A DNA stretch of 64,000 bases from the NCBI RefSeq assembly GCF_040938485.1, contig NW_027272134.1:992001-1056000 (forward strand), given 5' to 3'. Positions 51,201 to 64,000 of the stretch are shown piece after piece. The notes under the pieces were generated by a model that made no database searches, was not told the origin of the DNA, and saw only the letters and a program-made list of their open reading frames with translations. The DNA is from Diadema antillarum (Eukaryota). Every line of letters starts with the position of its first letter. Within the stretch, counting starts at the first letter, position 1. A program made the translations under genes and the position numbers.

Positions 51201-54200
51201 TCCCCCTTATACTGTATTTAGTTTAGGTTTATTTCTAGGTCAATGGAAGACTTGTGAGCCCATGATTTCAGCACCTCATCTAATTTGCATATGTTTATAG
51301 AGTATGAGTAATTGTTTGTATTGCGCTATAACTAGTTACAGACTACTCAGAGCGCTTGCTGCTCTCTCCAGAATGATATTAGATTAGAAAAAAAAAAATG
51401 TGGTGAGCAATATATATTTCATGAAATCATATTCAACTTTCAAGTTCCATACCATTTTTTATATTTTATTTGTTATTCGTTTTAGTTAGGGTCCAATTGC
51501 GACAAAACATCTACTATTGTTTTTGTTTTGTTTTTTTAATTTTAGTCTTATGTACAAAAGCCAACTTGAACATAGTATGGAATACTGTGTATGGCACACA
51601 TTTAACGAGTCAAATTTTTATTTTATTTTTTTGAATCAGGACTTCTGGCAATTTTGCAAATGGTTAAATTTGCAGTTGTGGAGTACATTACTGAATGGAG
51701 AAATGTATGCATGCATGTCACATTCATGTTGAAATCAGAGTTCATATTTTCACGTCTTGAAATCACTAGTAGAGCCCTACTCGCAAAATTCGTGAAAATA
51801 CAGACCTCGCAGAATGTTCAGTGTACATGACCCCTCAGACTTTCTGAACTGTCAATCTGTCTCTCTGACTCACCCATGGTGGCATCACAGGCTGAAGCTG
51901 TGGACACTGAAGGGTAAGAAGAAGCTGAATGAGTTTCTGGCAGACATGGGGCTGCCCCTCGCCCAGTGCCGGCAGAAGTTCTCCGCCATGGACATCACCT
52001 TCAAGAACAACATCCGCGACCTGCTGGAGAGCTCCGCCAAGAAGTTTGGGTGAGTCCCGAAGAGACCCTTGGTGGCGACTGAACCAGATGTTTCCTTGTT
52101 TCTGTGTGTGTGTATGTTTGGCCCCCGGTGAAGCACTGAACTGCTTTAAAGGACAAGTCTACCTTCATACTCAACATAATTTTACTTCTCTCACACAATA
52201 AAAGAACGCTTGACTTGCCTCTCTCAGAAGGTGGGGGATTAATATTACCCATAACATACATCAGTGACAAGGCAAGGAAATGTATGTTTGGTTGTTTTTT
52301 TTTTCAAAAAAATAAAATTTTGTGAAGTTCTCTTTATATTTTCCTTATATTGTTATATGCATTTGACTGACATCATACACTGTAGTAGTTTTCTCATCCA
52401 GCGGCGACTGCGCAGGTACTTTGAAAATTCATAACTTTTTAACGGATTGTCCGATTTTCCTCAAACTCTCATTGATGTGTTCTACTAATATTGCTGCATT
52501 CACTCAATCCACATGTATATGGAGGTGGACTTGTCCAAGCTACAGTGGAAACAAAAGCTTGAAGCCCTCTGCCAAAGGTCTAGGCAATGGCACTAAAGAA
52601 GATGTGCATTTGAAATGAAATATGTGTTTTTTTCTGAAATTTCATTCAGCATGCTTTGGGCATTTTTTCTTTAAGCTCATGTTATGTTTTTGTTTGTGAT
52701 TTTGTTCTTTATATTAAGTATATACCAGTATAATTATATTTTTAGCATGCAGACCAAACAGCATATCTGCAGAGGTTGGCAGCCCTACTAATTACAGTTT
52801 AAGTCTTCTAACACATAATGTAATACAGTTAAAACAATTCCTTTGTTTTGCCTCATAGATTGGACAATATCACCTTGCCCTCATTCCATGCTCAGTATGG
52901 CTTCAAGAACAAGGTATGTACTGACTGACTGTTCTGCAATTTATATAAACAAATACTAAATAAGCAAACTAAAAGAAAAGAAGAAAACAAAATCAGCAAT
53001 GTGTGTTGTCACTGGTTTCAAGATCTTTTAATATTCAATATTTTTAAAGGTAGAGAGAGTTCTGGTCAACATGAGGTCTTTGATTTGTGATGTTGATTAA
53101 CATTTGATAGCCTTCATAAAGTATGGGAACATAATGGCCAGAATTCATGAAGGTGGTAAAATTGAAACCATGGTTTAAAGTTAAACCATGTCTTATGCAA
53201 ATTTCTTCTGCGTAAATACGATTGACAGATTGCGTACGCCAACAGACGTCCAGTACCAAATGCACATTCATACACACATGTCAAAGTTACACATGGGCCT
53301 ATTTCATGCTTATTTTAGACCATGGTCTAAATTTGTACCATGGTCTACAAAGTTTAAACCACCTTCGTGAATTCGGGTCATAATGCCTTATGAACTGACA
53401 GATACCAGTAACTGGAACGTGTTGAATGTTAGCAAGTACTATTCTCATTCATGCCATGTTTTGCTTTAAGCACAAGTCCAAATCAGAAGGAATATGGAAT
53501 ATGGTGTGCTCTGTCGTTGCCTTTTCTAATATGACTCGTATTCGATGATATAATTCCTCTTTTCTGTTTCCTTCACAGTTTTGTGCCTTCGACATTGCTT
53601 ATGCTGTTGAGGCTGTCTTGGAATCCATTGTAAGTATCACTTTTTCCCCCTATAATTGGCCTTTGAATTTGAGTTAGAAAACTGACAAGAAATTACATAG
53701 GAGGAAGGCATGTGCTGTTAAGGCTTTCTTGGAATCTGTTAGTTGAAATAACAACAAGATTTCACATAGGAGGAAGGCATCATCTCCAATGAAGTAACAC
53801 ATGCATTTACTCTGAAGTAATATTACAATCAGTGAGAAGTGCCCGAGCTGTATTCAAAATCATTGTTCCGTGAAAAAGTGCCTATCTGTCATATCATCAT
53901 CCAAGTTTATGTGTTGTGACACAGGACTTTAACCATGTTGACATTATTTATCTTGGAACATATGCAAATATCTTGTTCATTATTTTCGTTCCAATGAGAT
54001 TGTGATAGTTGTATGTTTGTTCCTATGGGGATTTGACAGGACAAAGACAAGTCATCGGAGGAGAGATTTCTGGATGCTCTGGACTGCTTGTCAAGGTACG
54101 TGTATGAAGAAAGCCACGCCTGTCTTTGATGCAGGCTTTGGCATGCTTGAAGATAAATGTGGTTAATTGATTGATCTGTCTGCGTGGGCATCATATTACT

Positions 54201-57200
54201 AATCAGTGAAACTGGCCCGATACCTCTTTTATTGTATCTTACAGGAATTAAAGGATTGTCTGTATTTTTTCATCTGCAAATTGAAAATACTCTCTATCTG
54301 ATATTTGACATAGTGTAGGCTGCATGGTAGTGATAATAATCATATTAAGGTCTTATTTATCCAGGGTAGCCTCTTCAGTGCTGCCACTGCTCTACCAGAG
54401 GGCCCTGCCTTTACTATCGCCCCACTGTTGCTAGGTACCCATTTATACACCTGGGTTGAGAGGGTTGAGAGGGTAAAAACATCTTGTCCAAGGATGTAGG
54501 CACTTTATGGGATGGGACATCCAAGTAAAATTCAAGAGTCTTATCCACCATGCTACAGTGCCCCCACAATAGTGGCATTGACATGGTGACATATTGTGGA
54601 AGCTGGGTACAGTTGCAAAGAGGATGCTGCTGCTTTTTAAACCAATAATATTTTGCTACACGCTGGCCTTCTTTCTTCACTAATTTGCACAATGTCCTGA
54701 AGAAAACTCAAGAAAAGAACCAGGATTAATTCTTTTTGTCCAGTAAACCTCACATAAGTCATTATACTTGGGACTAATTTGTAAACATGTGTTGACAGAG
54801 TTTGCAGTGTCTTTCAAGTCACCTGTATGTGTCTATGAAGAACTGAAATAGATTGATGTTGAATGTTCCACGTGTCCCAGGTCGTACATTGACCGTCTTC
54901 ACAAGGGTCTGGAGTCGGCCAAGCTTCAGCTGCAGGCCATGGTCACAGAGGTACAGAGCCTACTGGACATGGGTCAAGTGGTCAGTGCTGGACCCTTCCT
55001 CTATGCCTTTATCCCTGAGGGCACACCAGAGACCAAGTTCTTTGCCCACCCCAACTGCCTGTCAATGCTGGCTCGATTCACTCTGGAGGCATATGTCAAA
55101 ATGGTGAGTAGATTTGCTACTTCTCTACAAATGTGTTAAAATGAGACTCATGATTACAATACACTTTTCTGAAGTATGCTATAGATTTTTGTTAATTTTG
55201 CTAAATTTATCTGTTTAAGTATGTGTCTGGTGTTGACTTTAATTACTATAAGTTTGCCTTTATGGTGTTCCAAGGTTTACGAGGAGTTGCTTAAAGACAG
55301 AGAATAAATTGCTTTAGTTTCTGTCATCACCTTTATCATTACACTCTGAATCAATAATATCATGAGTGTATGGAACCATTATTCTTTCTGCCCTGCAATC
55401 TGTATGTTGACCCTTTCTCAGGCATGACTCAAAATATACTTGTTACCAATGAACGACAGCTTTATATTCCACAGAAAACATATCAATAGAAAATGTTTTT
55501 AGTCAACTCCCAAACTGTTGTACCAGTATTGTCTCAAATCAATCTGGGACTTATTAAGCATGTTTTCACCATTCCAAGGAATGACCAAATTTTGTGTAAT
55601 AGCAAAAAAGAAAAGTTAAAAAAAGAGGAACAAGTATAGACACAGAAAGCAATGCATGGAGCAATTCATGCATGAATGGTGATTTCTTTCTCCTGTCTGT
55701 TTGCAGTCAAAGAGTAAGAGGGCAAAGAACCTCCCCCTGGTGATGACCGCGCCCCTTGACACCGAGACTGGAACGTCACTGGTAGTAGGCGTGCCTCCAC
55801 TGCCGGAGCTGGAGCAGTCGGCAAGGAAGTAAGTCTGACGTGATTAGAAGTGACTACAGCTTTGACCATCTACCCCACTGAGGGATTATCAAAAAATTTA
55901 ATGAATATTTTGATGATGTCCTTGATATGTAATCATTTGTCAGATAGTAATTGTTTGTCTGACAGTAATGTACTTGTCACACAACTCTTTTATGCTGTGA
56001 ATTTCTAAGGAAAGAATATCATTCTCTATTGAAATGCATAACAATGTTGATCACTTTCTGAGACAATGAAGAGAACAAATGGCATCTACTGCATAGTTGT
56101 AAACTTGTGTGGCTTGCCTCATATGGTATTGTCCATAGTTTCAAGTAATTCAGGTATTGGCACAAAGTAATTGCTATGAGCCAGTTAGCTTCCAAGGACA
56201 GAGTGGTCACTCACTCTGTGTGTGTAAATGCCATTACAGGTATAACTATTGATTAAGCATTAAATTTAAGGGGAAACTTATCAGCCAACCTGGTCTTAGA
56301 CATCTGTGTTTTAATAGATCATCATATACTTGAGAAATCCCACCTGGAACCGACTGATTTTCTCACAAGTTTGCTAACAGTTCTAGACAAAACCCATTTT
56401 TGTCAGACTTTGGGATTCAAATGGGCTGAGATCAACTGCTTTCTGTTCCATAAGACTTCATTTATAGAAATTTCTTGCAATAATGACAATCTTGGGATGT
56501 AACTTTTCCCACTTTTCAGTTTCTTTGGGAGAGCCTTTGAGCAAGCCGGAGACAAGACTGGATCGAGGACACTCCACAATCACTTTGACCCCTCAGGTAA
56601 GTCTTGATGCTGTCACAGAAACTACATCCGTGACATGTTGGCCATGCAAACTAGTAGTAACTTTGAACTGAAAATAAAGTAAAATGTTTTTTTTTTTAAA
56701 ATAAGGAGTTGTATTTCAAAATATCTGCATACTCTCGCATGTGTTGTTCTTGAGAGATCTTGATACAAAGTGCTGTTGAGAATAGAGTTTTTATATTAGG
56801 GGAAATAGGACTAAGTTTCACAAAGCAGGTTGTAATTTTTGTTAGTTGCATTAACTGCAGTTACCACAGCAATAGTTTGCATTCTCGCAACTGATAAGTT
56901 ATTGCCCAACTACTACCAAATATGGAGCCCAGAATAATAACTATATTTGGATTTATTTGAGAAATGTGAATGAGTTTTAAAAAAAAGTTTAAACTACTTA
57001 CTACTCGATGCCAAAATGGTGTCTGATACCATGTCATGTCAAAAAACAAACAAACAAACAAGCAAACAAACAAAACTGTTGCGGTTCAGTGAATACGACA
57101 TTAAAAATTTTTTTTTTTTTTTTTTTTGCAGTACTCCTCTTATGCCCTGAACATGAAATGGCAAGGAAACACTAAATTTGCTTCCAATTTACAAATTAAT

Positions 57201-57485
57201 TTTCATTGTATACATATTGAATACTATTGTGCAGGTTCCTCTAAATTTCCTTTTTGCATGTTGGAGAAAGCATTCTTATATTCAACTTGTGAAAAGAATA
57301 ATGACAAGCGATAGTGTGGTACAGATATATAAATTCACCATTTTGTTGCATGTGTCTACAGTAATAAATATTGCACAAAGTCACTAAATCAGGTGCATTT
57401 TGGTTTGTTTCATTTGTTAGTCATGGAACTGAAGACAGAAGACAGAAGCAAGTTCTTTGATGCCCTCATCTCGCTGCTGTCATGA
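42237..57485 (+). CDS. CDC45: Cell division control protein 45 (CMG helicase subunit); 18 coding exons, 567 aa
   Basis: Exons 42237-42287, 43954-44106, 45251-45388, 46574-46645, 47289-47357, 47859-47966, 48413-48474, 49389-49439, 49999-50118, 50799-50870, 51891-52049, 52859-52913, 53579-53629, 54040-54095, 54881-55103, 55707-55828, 56520-56596 and 57421-57485 sum to 1704 nt in one frame. Motifs: [65 protein letters not shown]. Confidence 0.96.
42686..43375 (-). mobile_element. HINE-like family H3, copy 3 (CDC45 intron 1), with an insert of about 160 bp
   Basis: GCAGACCTCCGC at the left end, GGCGGAGGTGATAA at the right end, and the shared core sequence. Confidence 0.65.
45772..46345. mobile_element. 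TTAA-flanked MITE (Kolobok-like), separate family, inside the GC-AG intron
   Basis: TTAAAGGGAAGCAGTCC versus GGACTGCGTCCCTTTAA (inverted). Confidence 0.75.
49687..49884. mobile_element. TA-flanked MITE family B (CGCGAAA(A/T)TT subrepeats), copy 1
   Basis: TA-CTGCAAAA...TTTTACAG-TA; homologous to 57659-57883. Confidence 0.7.
52146..52536. mobile_element. TTAA-type MITE remnant
   Basis: TTAAAGGACAAGTCTACCTTCATA versus TATGGAGGTGGACTTGTCC (inverted). The right-hand TTAA is missing. Confidence 0.5.
53136..53379. mobile_element. Short MITE with GGCCAGAATTCATGAAGGTGGT termini (Harbinger-like)
   Basis: Inverted terminal copy ACCACCTTCGTGAATTCGGGTC; internal AAACCATGGTTT palindromes. Confidence 0.6.
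54340..54565 (-). mobile_element. tRNA-derived SINE
   Basis: The minus strand starts GGGGCACTGTAGCATGGTGGATAAGACTCTTG (tRNA-like head with an A box). It has a central ACCCAGGTGTATAAATGGGTACC core typical of conserved-domain SINEs and an AT-rich tail. The B box is degenerate. Confidence 0.6.
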
Positions 57486-57658
57486 GTGACGTTGAACTGC
57501 TAGCTTCAGTTGCCTTTCACGTAGTATACAACTGCAATATGCATACAACTTTCGGCAAATTGTATCTTAACATGTTTCAGAGTTAGACATGCATCTTGTA
57601 CAACATGATCATAAACTGAGCAATGCCCCAAAGTTTAGCTTATAGCACTGAAGATATA

Positions 57659-57883
57659 CTGTAAAACGAGGAATGTTCACATGCGTTTTAATTTCGCGAA
57701 TTTCGCGAGGTAAGATTCGTGAATTTCGCGAGGCAAGATTCGCAAAATTAAAATGCATGCAAGTCTTGTCTACACTGTGTGCATTGCATGTTAGAGGCAA
57801 CTCGCGAAAATTTCATGCCGCATAAAAGGCTTTCGGCTCCAGTTCGCGAAAATTTCATGCCGTGAAAATATTGTGTTTTACAG
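57659..57883. mobile_element. TA-flanked MITE family B, copy 2 (downstream of the CDC45 stop)
   Basis: TA-CTGTAAAAC...GTTTTACAG-TA with multiple CGCGAA(A/T)TT motifs. Confidence 0.75.
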
Positions 57884-60372
57884 TAGACTAAATGGTTAAA
57901 CAAATCAAATCATATGTCAAGAGACAAGCTTCATGGGAAGCAGGGTAGAGATTTCATTTGCTGGGCATTTGTCATAAATTGGCTTATGTGATGAACTGAT
58001 ACCCTTTATGTGTATTGAATTATTGTCTTGAGTAATTTTCACAGCCAATGACTAGAACAGGTTCACAGAATTTATGTTATGAAATTTATGAAGTTTTGTG
58101 TAAACTCATCTGTAAAAATTCAATATATTGTACATATGTATTTAATGTAAATAGAGATTGGTCAAGCTAGAAATGTTTTGCAACCATAAAGTGATGTATG
58201 TGTTCACTGGTTAATATTTAACTTATGAACAGTCCTTGTGTCTAATCCCCTAAATGTGGCACTTATATTATGAAACAATAATAGTCTGAGTCTATGTGTA
58301 TCTATGATATTAGTATACCACCTGTGATGTGTTGCATTTGCAGTCTTGTAGAAAACTACAATAAGCCTTTGTATTGTAGGAATCTGCTTTGGCCATCGCC
58401 CATTTTGAATATGCCCCGGCTTATTTCTCTTATAGTCCGTCAGCAAATATGCGAGAACAAGTTGTGTGCATATATTTGCTATCTATACCTACCACAAGAA
58501 GATTAGCCATTGTACTAATGTATGTGCAGGTTCTTACCTGCAAAAATACACGAAAATTTTATTTGTTGTTGATCATAGTGTTTGAAGGTATTTAACAACT
58601 ATATTTATATCCTAAGTAAACGATTTGAGGGTAGTGTTACAATTCTGAAGCACCAGTCACCTCCTGCAAGTATTTTCTCAGCTCACTTGAAAAATACTAA
58701 AAGTAATCATTGCTCAATAAAAAGAATAAGAAAATAATGATAAATACAAGTGAGAGTCCTTTTTCTTAGTAAGCTTTATTTTTTCAACATAAAGAAGAGA
58801 TAAATAAGGATATAATTCTTGAAATATAGATCTTCATAAATAGCTTCTATAACATTTCAAATGTATCTCTATACATAAATATATACAAGACTGTCATTAT
58901 CATTAAAAACAGGCATCAGGGTACTGTTCTGCAAGCATTGCATATTATGCACATAGCTTATGTCAAAGATGCATATCAATATTTCTCCTGGAATATTGTT
59001 ATCTGAGATGGCAATCAAGTAGACTACCTCTCACCAGTATCTTTGAATCACTATCCACAGTCACTCTGGATGTGACGTGCTACACAGAGCAACCTTTGCA
59101 AAACAATTATTGTCTCTTCGGATTTAGTGTACAGTACGTCCCCCCCAAAAAAAATTACAATCAGATTTTCGCATTGATAACACCCAATATGATTAAACTG
59201 TCTAAATGCTACTTCAGGGTCTTAAAATATAACATCTTAGCTCTATTTTGCAGAAAATCCCATCCGATTACGTTAAGCGGTCACAGATAAATGTGGATTG
59301 TTGTAAAGCATGTCATGAGTCTGATTCTTCCAAGTTTAGCACTTCGATGATCTTGTGTGTGAAGACAATAGACAGAACTTGGAGAGAAGAGATTCCTGAC
59401 ATCCTCTACAAAATTCCTGATTTCTCTTTGACCACTGAAGCAAATTGAATGGGGTTTTCTGTAAGATGTTGGCAATGAGTTGTAGTTTCATACCCTGAAA
59501 TTGTATTCGGATCGATTCACTATTCTTAAAGCTATCATTGTGGAGGGTACCATTGTAATTTTTTTGGGGGACATTCGGTACATGTAGCAGGGCTAGACAT
59601 TTTGGTGGCCAAGGCCACTAGAAATTGATGTTGGGCCACCAAACAGCCAAAACCGTTGACTCTTGACGGCTTTCTTGGAAAACTAAGATTCCAGTAAACA
59701 CAACTACAATTATCAATCACTTTAGGGCCCTTGAAATCTACAAATGTATCGGCAATCAGTGTATGTGTTCTTTGAGTCTCAAAATTATTGAAAATTTAAG
59801 TGAGAGGAGCGCAATATGGCTCTTCCTCATGATGACTCAAAAATATGATACACTTTGTATGAAGAGACAAAACATTTAGATCATACTGTATACAAAAACT
59901 AAAGCTGCAATAAAGGCCTGCAATCAGAGTTCAGAAACAACATGCATTTCCAAGCTTCCTTTTTTTCTTTTTCCTATACAGTTCTTTTTCAGGCCACCAA
60001 ATTTCACAAAGATTTTAGTGGCCACTAGAGAAAAATGTAAGTGGCATCCTGCATAGAGATTGATAATTCTTGTGTTTATACTTGGTTTACAGGAAGCAGC
60101 TCTGTGGACTTTAAGAGTAGAGTAAATGTGCCCTAAATCATTTTCCTCTTCTCTGCACCAATGATAATCAGAATTGCTGTCTTTTTCATTCTGTTTTTTT
60201 TTTCTTTTAAGTTTTTCATTGTATTGAGTCATCTGGTTCCTTATACACCTGACGATCTATGTCATTTTTCTTTACCTTATCTTCTAAAGAAATTTTCTTG
60301 ATCACTGCTATGGTAAATGATAAAATGTAAGCCAGTGAATGATAAAAGTCTTAGTTATGTGTATTCGATAAA

Positions 60373-60558
60373 CAGTGCACTCCCGTTATAACGAACACGG
60401 TCATAACGAAATTCTGGTTACAATGAAGTAAAATATAGGGCTGCAACATTGTCAGCTCTATGTATTTTTATTGTCTACTCATTCGGGTTTAACGAAATTT
60501 CAATATAATGAAAGAAAATTGCTGGTCCCAAGGACTTCGTTATAATGGGAGTCCACTG
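60373..60558. mobile_element. TA-flanked MITE family A, copy 3 (opposite orientation to copies 1 and 2)
   Basis: CAGTGCACTCCCGTTATAACG...CGTTATAATGGGAGTCCACTG-TA. Confidence 0.85.
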
Positions 60559-61940
60559 TATAATTTCTATAAAAAAAAAATCTTGTATGGTGACAATTTT
60601 ATGGGCAATTTCTGAGCACAAAAAGTCTAGTTTGCGCTCATTTAAACACAATTTGCATTCTGCTTCAGTGAACATATATGTGAAGGAACAGATCTTCATG
60701 GCACTTTCAGATGGCAATTGCACCAACACTATTCTCTGATACTGGACTGAAAACTTGCTCAAGAATTGAGGCTTTAAATGCTATATCTTTGTAATCTTTA
60801 TACTAGTACTCTTGTATTTCAGACTACTCTGTACATGTGTATGTATTTTCATATTAAAATGTATCAGTAAATATACCTTACATGGTCTCCAGCTTACAAT
60901 GATTTAAGTGGCTACCTTGAATGAACATTTACACAAGTGACTACAAATGCAGCCCCCTTGACGATGTAACCTACTTACCTTAGTACACGGAAAAATTCAA
61001 TATTGCAATTGCCGTTTTACAGCAAAACTTTAAAAAAAAAAAAAAAAAATCACATTTCCTCAGCACCATTTGAAAAACCTGACTTTGGTATTTGGCAGTT
61101 GTTATGACCCTGTTTGTGTACTTGGGTTTGCTTGACACACAAGGATGCTGTACATGCATTCAATAGCAATTTCTTGAAAGGACAACAGGCTGCATTAGAC
61201 AATGATTGGGGGAGGAATACATAAAGAGGATGTCACTTACTTACAAGTAAGGAACGAACCCCTGGCTATGATGCAGGCTTTCACTGTTTTAGATTGGTGT
61301 TATGCTCACTGCTTCACATACAATTTGTAGTCACTTTCATAATCCACAATCTAAAACTTGGAAGATTTATGTAAAACAGGTATTGACCAGTCTGTTCATA
61401 AGCTGTATAAATTGTTATCAGTCGGTGAATATGTTTTATTTATACAATATGTCCAAACAGACAAAAGATGAATAAGCATCCGTCAACTGGCAAAGTGAGA
61501 TAATATTAAACTCACTATATATGATTTGATATTACTGCATTTCTTGCAACATATATACAAAGTATACACTCAGACCATTTGGCTTTTAGTAGAGAAAAAC
61601 AATGTTCATTACAACTGCAACACTGAAAGTCTCCACTCCTATGGTTGATTGACCATGTAGTGGATGTGTTGATATTGTCCATACATTACATACAAATATT
61701 CATTTATGCATTGATCAGCAAAAACAAAGAGGTCTACTGCATTTACTCATGAGGCTGTATATGCCAGAAGATAATGTTGAGGTGGAACTTGAGTAAGATC
61801 ACATACTCTGCAAGTACAATCTGTACATAGTGCAACAAAATCTCACATCTCATATCGCTCAAGGACATCATGCACACATCTGACGACAAAACTTCAGCCT
61901 CTTCATGCAGAGTTTTCCCACTGAGCACTTTATGCATCAA

Positions 61941-63591
61941 CTAAAAGATGTCCTTGAAAATGCTGTCAAATGAGTCCTTGTTTTCACTGCTGTTTTCCCT
62001 GCAATGATGCAAAGTAGCCGCAAACACAAAATGTTAACACGGATACTAAATCACAGATAAAAGCAGAATACAAATCAGCTTGATATCAAACACAGGATTT
62101 TTATGGCCGAGGTCATCTAAATTAAGGCGAAATGGCGAAAAAGACATCAAATTGCTTTTGAAGGACACAGTTCAACAGTTCAGCCACACCTATCACTAGT
62201 AGAATGACTGGGACTACCTGGTATATACATGTACAGTTGTCATATTTACCATTCATCATGTAGGATTTCACATTTTCCTATCTCAATCCCCTCAAGCCTT
62301 GGAAATTATTTGAAAACAAATTTGTCCAGATCATGTCTGAAAGCATTTGATGATGTGTTTCAAATGCTTATTGTTTATATGAAAGTGTAGAGGAAATTAA
62401 ATGATTGCAATTTCTCAATCAACAAGAGCTATACAAATTTTCCAGAATGTTTTCTCCTAGCTGAAAATAAAGCATGAAACCATCGCAGAAATACAAGTAG
62501 AACAGTATGAAATATAACTACAACACTTAGTCCATTTCCAGAGATTGGAATGTCAGTATTTCTGACAAATCATATTTACTCTTGACCTTTTATTCAACTT
62601 TTGATCTCATAAAAACGATTTAATGGGAATATTTCTCTTTTGGTTATGAATTATTCTATGCCAAGGTCATGCCATACCAAAGCACTATAACACTGTACTT
62701 TGACAACTAAGAAGTTCAGAGACACACAGTGAGGAATAAAAATAGTATGGTAATAACAAACACTTGTGCCTTTTATTGAATACTTTTGACGGTACTTACG
62801 GTGGAGATTTGTCAACAAAGAAATTGCCTATTGGAGCTCTCTGCATTGCCCGACTGTTACTTTGTTGCTTCTGCTGAGAAAGATATTTAACCAGAGTGAG
62901 ATCACAAGTTCCCTTGCTCATCCACATATGCATAATGATCCACTCTGTCAGTAGGGCAGATCGAAGTTAACATAGATTGCCTGAATAAAGGCCGCATCAT
63001 CATACATTTTGAAACATCAGCAGAATAGATGTAAAGTACATGAATCTACCTTGTGTACTTGTGTGAAGAAATTTTAAACGAACTCCTGGCATTACGGCGT
63101 AGTTAAACTGTTCATTAGTGGATCTCCTGGTCCATAGATTACAACTGAGTATTTTATCAAATGAGATGGGTATCAAGTCTACCATAGTATACTCAGAGGC
63201 TTTCATACTTCTGTTTCTCAATTGCCAATGGATTTTACTTATCCAGCCATTTAAAGTACATGTACTTGATAATGAATCAAGATTGTACAGAGTTTTGCTC
63301 TCTACCTTCTTTATTGTATTAGTTCTAAGCAGATTTACATGTATGTCAAAAACAAGAATGTTTGCCAAGAAGTTGGTATATTCATTTTTCCAGTACAAAG
63401 CAAAGTGCAGTATTAAATCAATGTGTGTAAAAAATGTGTACCCCGATAATCATGGAAATACCTGTGCTAAGTAGTCTCTCTCTGCAGACTCTAGGCAGGT
63501 TATGAGTGTCCTGTCATCTGGGCTGCTGTCATTGACTTGCTCTCTGGACTTAGGATGTGCTGTTGAAGCAATTGGGTGGGAGCCTTGGTAC
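61941..63591 (-). CDS. Last three coding exons of an unidentified gene that continues beyond the window
   Basis: Exons 63591-63462 (TTCCAG / GTATTT), 62873-62800 (CTCAG / GTAAGT) and 61998-61941 (TGCAG, stop TAG) join in phase to give ...YQGSHPIAST...ERDYLAQQKQQSNSRAMQRAPIGNFFVDKSPPENSSENKDSFDSIFKDIF*. No recognisable domain is present. Confidence 0.65.
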
Positions 63592-64000
63592 CTGGAAAGT
63601 GTATGAATGTATGCATATTGTGAGAGTAAGTGCACAGGCTGAGTGTCATTTTGAGAGATGATAGTAGTTACTCTGTTGTATTGTCTAATTTCCTATAATG
63701 AGAATTGGAGTCCGAACATTTCACTTAAATGTTGCAAAGCTTTATAAGTTATATATGTATTTCACAGACAAAGGTACATTGTATTCCCTCATTAAAAAGC
63801 ATACTGCATATTCTAGTTATCAGGTTTCCATAAGCTTTATTCATACGTGCAGAGGTAGCTTTACTATACGTCATATTCGATATCCACATCTTGTTCTTTC
63901 AATTTCTCAAGAAAACAAAGAAACCAACTACTTATTCTAGTTGTGTAAGTGCTTCATTCCAAATTCATTTGTGTCATTGTAAATAAGTTTGTCATATCAA

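Noticed and set aside
51814-51890. ORF extension upstream of CDC45 exon 11 ([10 protein letters not shown]...)
   Set aside because: Intronic read-through. The conserved LYRHWS segment is on the separate exon 50799-50870.
59584-60050. Possible hAT-like MITE with GGCCACTAG motifs
   Set aside because: Termini are too degenerate and no TSD is identifiable by eye.
61743-61940. 65-aa ORF immediately after the stop of the right-edge gene
   Set aside because: Probably 3' UTR. There is no motif, and a readthrough or reinitiation model has no support in the sequence.

Overview
Eukaryotic (animal) genomic DNA: AT-rich introns and intergenic DNA, GC-richer exons, one N gap at 13650-13800. An invertebrate deuterostome such as an echinoderm is likely, but that is inference only. 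Exons were joined by hand using splice signals and reading phase. This gave five complete spliced genes and the 3' end of a sixth: a 3-exon orphan class A GPCR (-), a 4-exon uncharacterised gene (-) head-to-head with MRPL50 (+), 9-exon EIF2B1 (-) divergent from 18-exon CDC45 (+), and the last three exons of an unidentified gene (-) at the right edge. CDC45 carries a U12-type (minor spliceosome) intron and a GC-AG intron. Non-coding DNA is dense with non-autonomous DNA transposons: Helentron/HINE-like elements with internal satellites, TA-flanked MITEs, TTAA-flanked MITEs, a pogo-like remnant, foldback elements, and a tRNA-derived SINE. The most novel-looking items are the uncharacterised protein, whose N-terminus resembles a Bro-N-type DNA-binding domain, and a Helentron-like element flanked by an identical 112-bp direct repeat. 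No prokaryote-style system (CRISPR, operon, etc.) is present. Coordinates were counted by eye and repeat boundaries may be off by a few bases.
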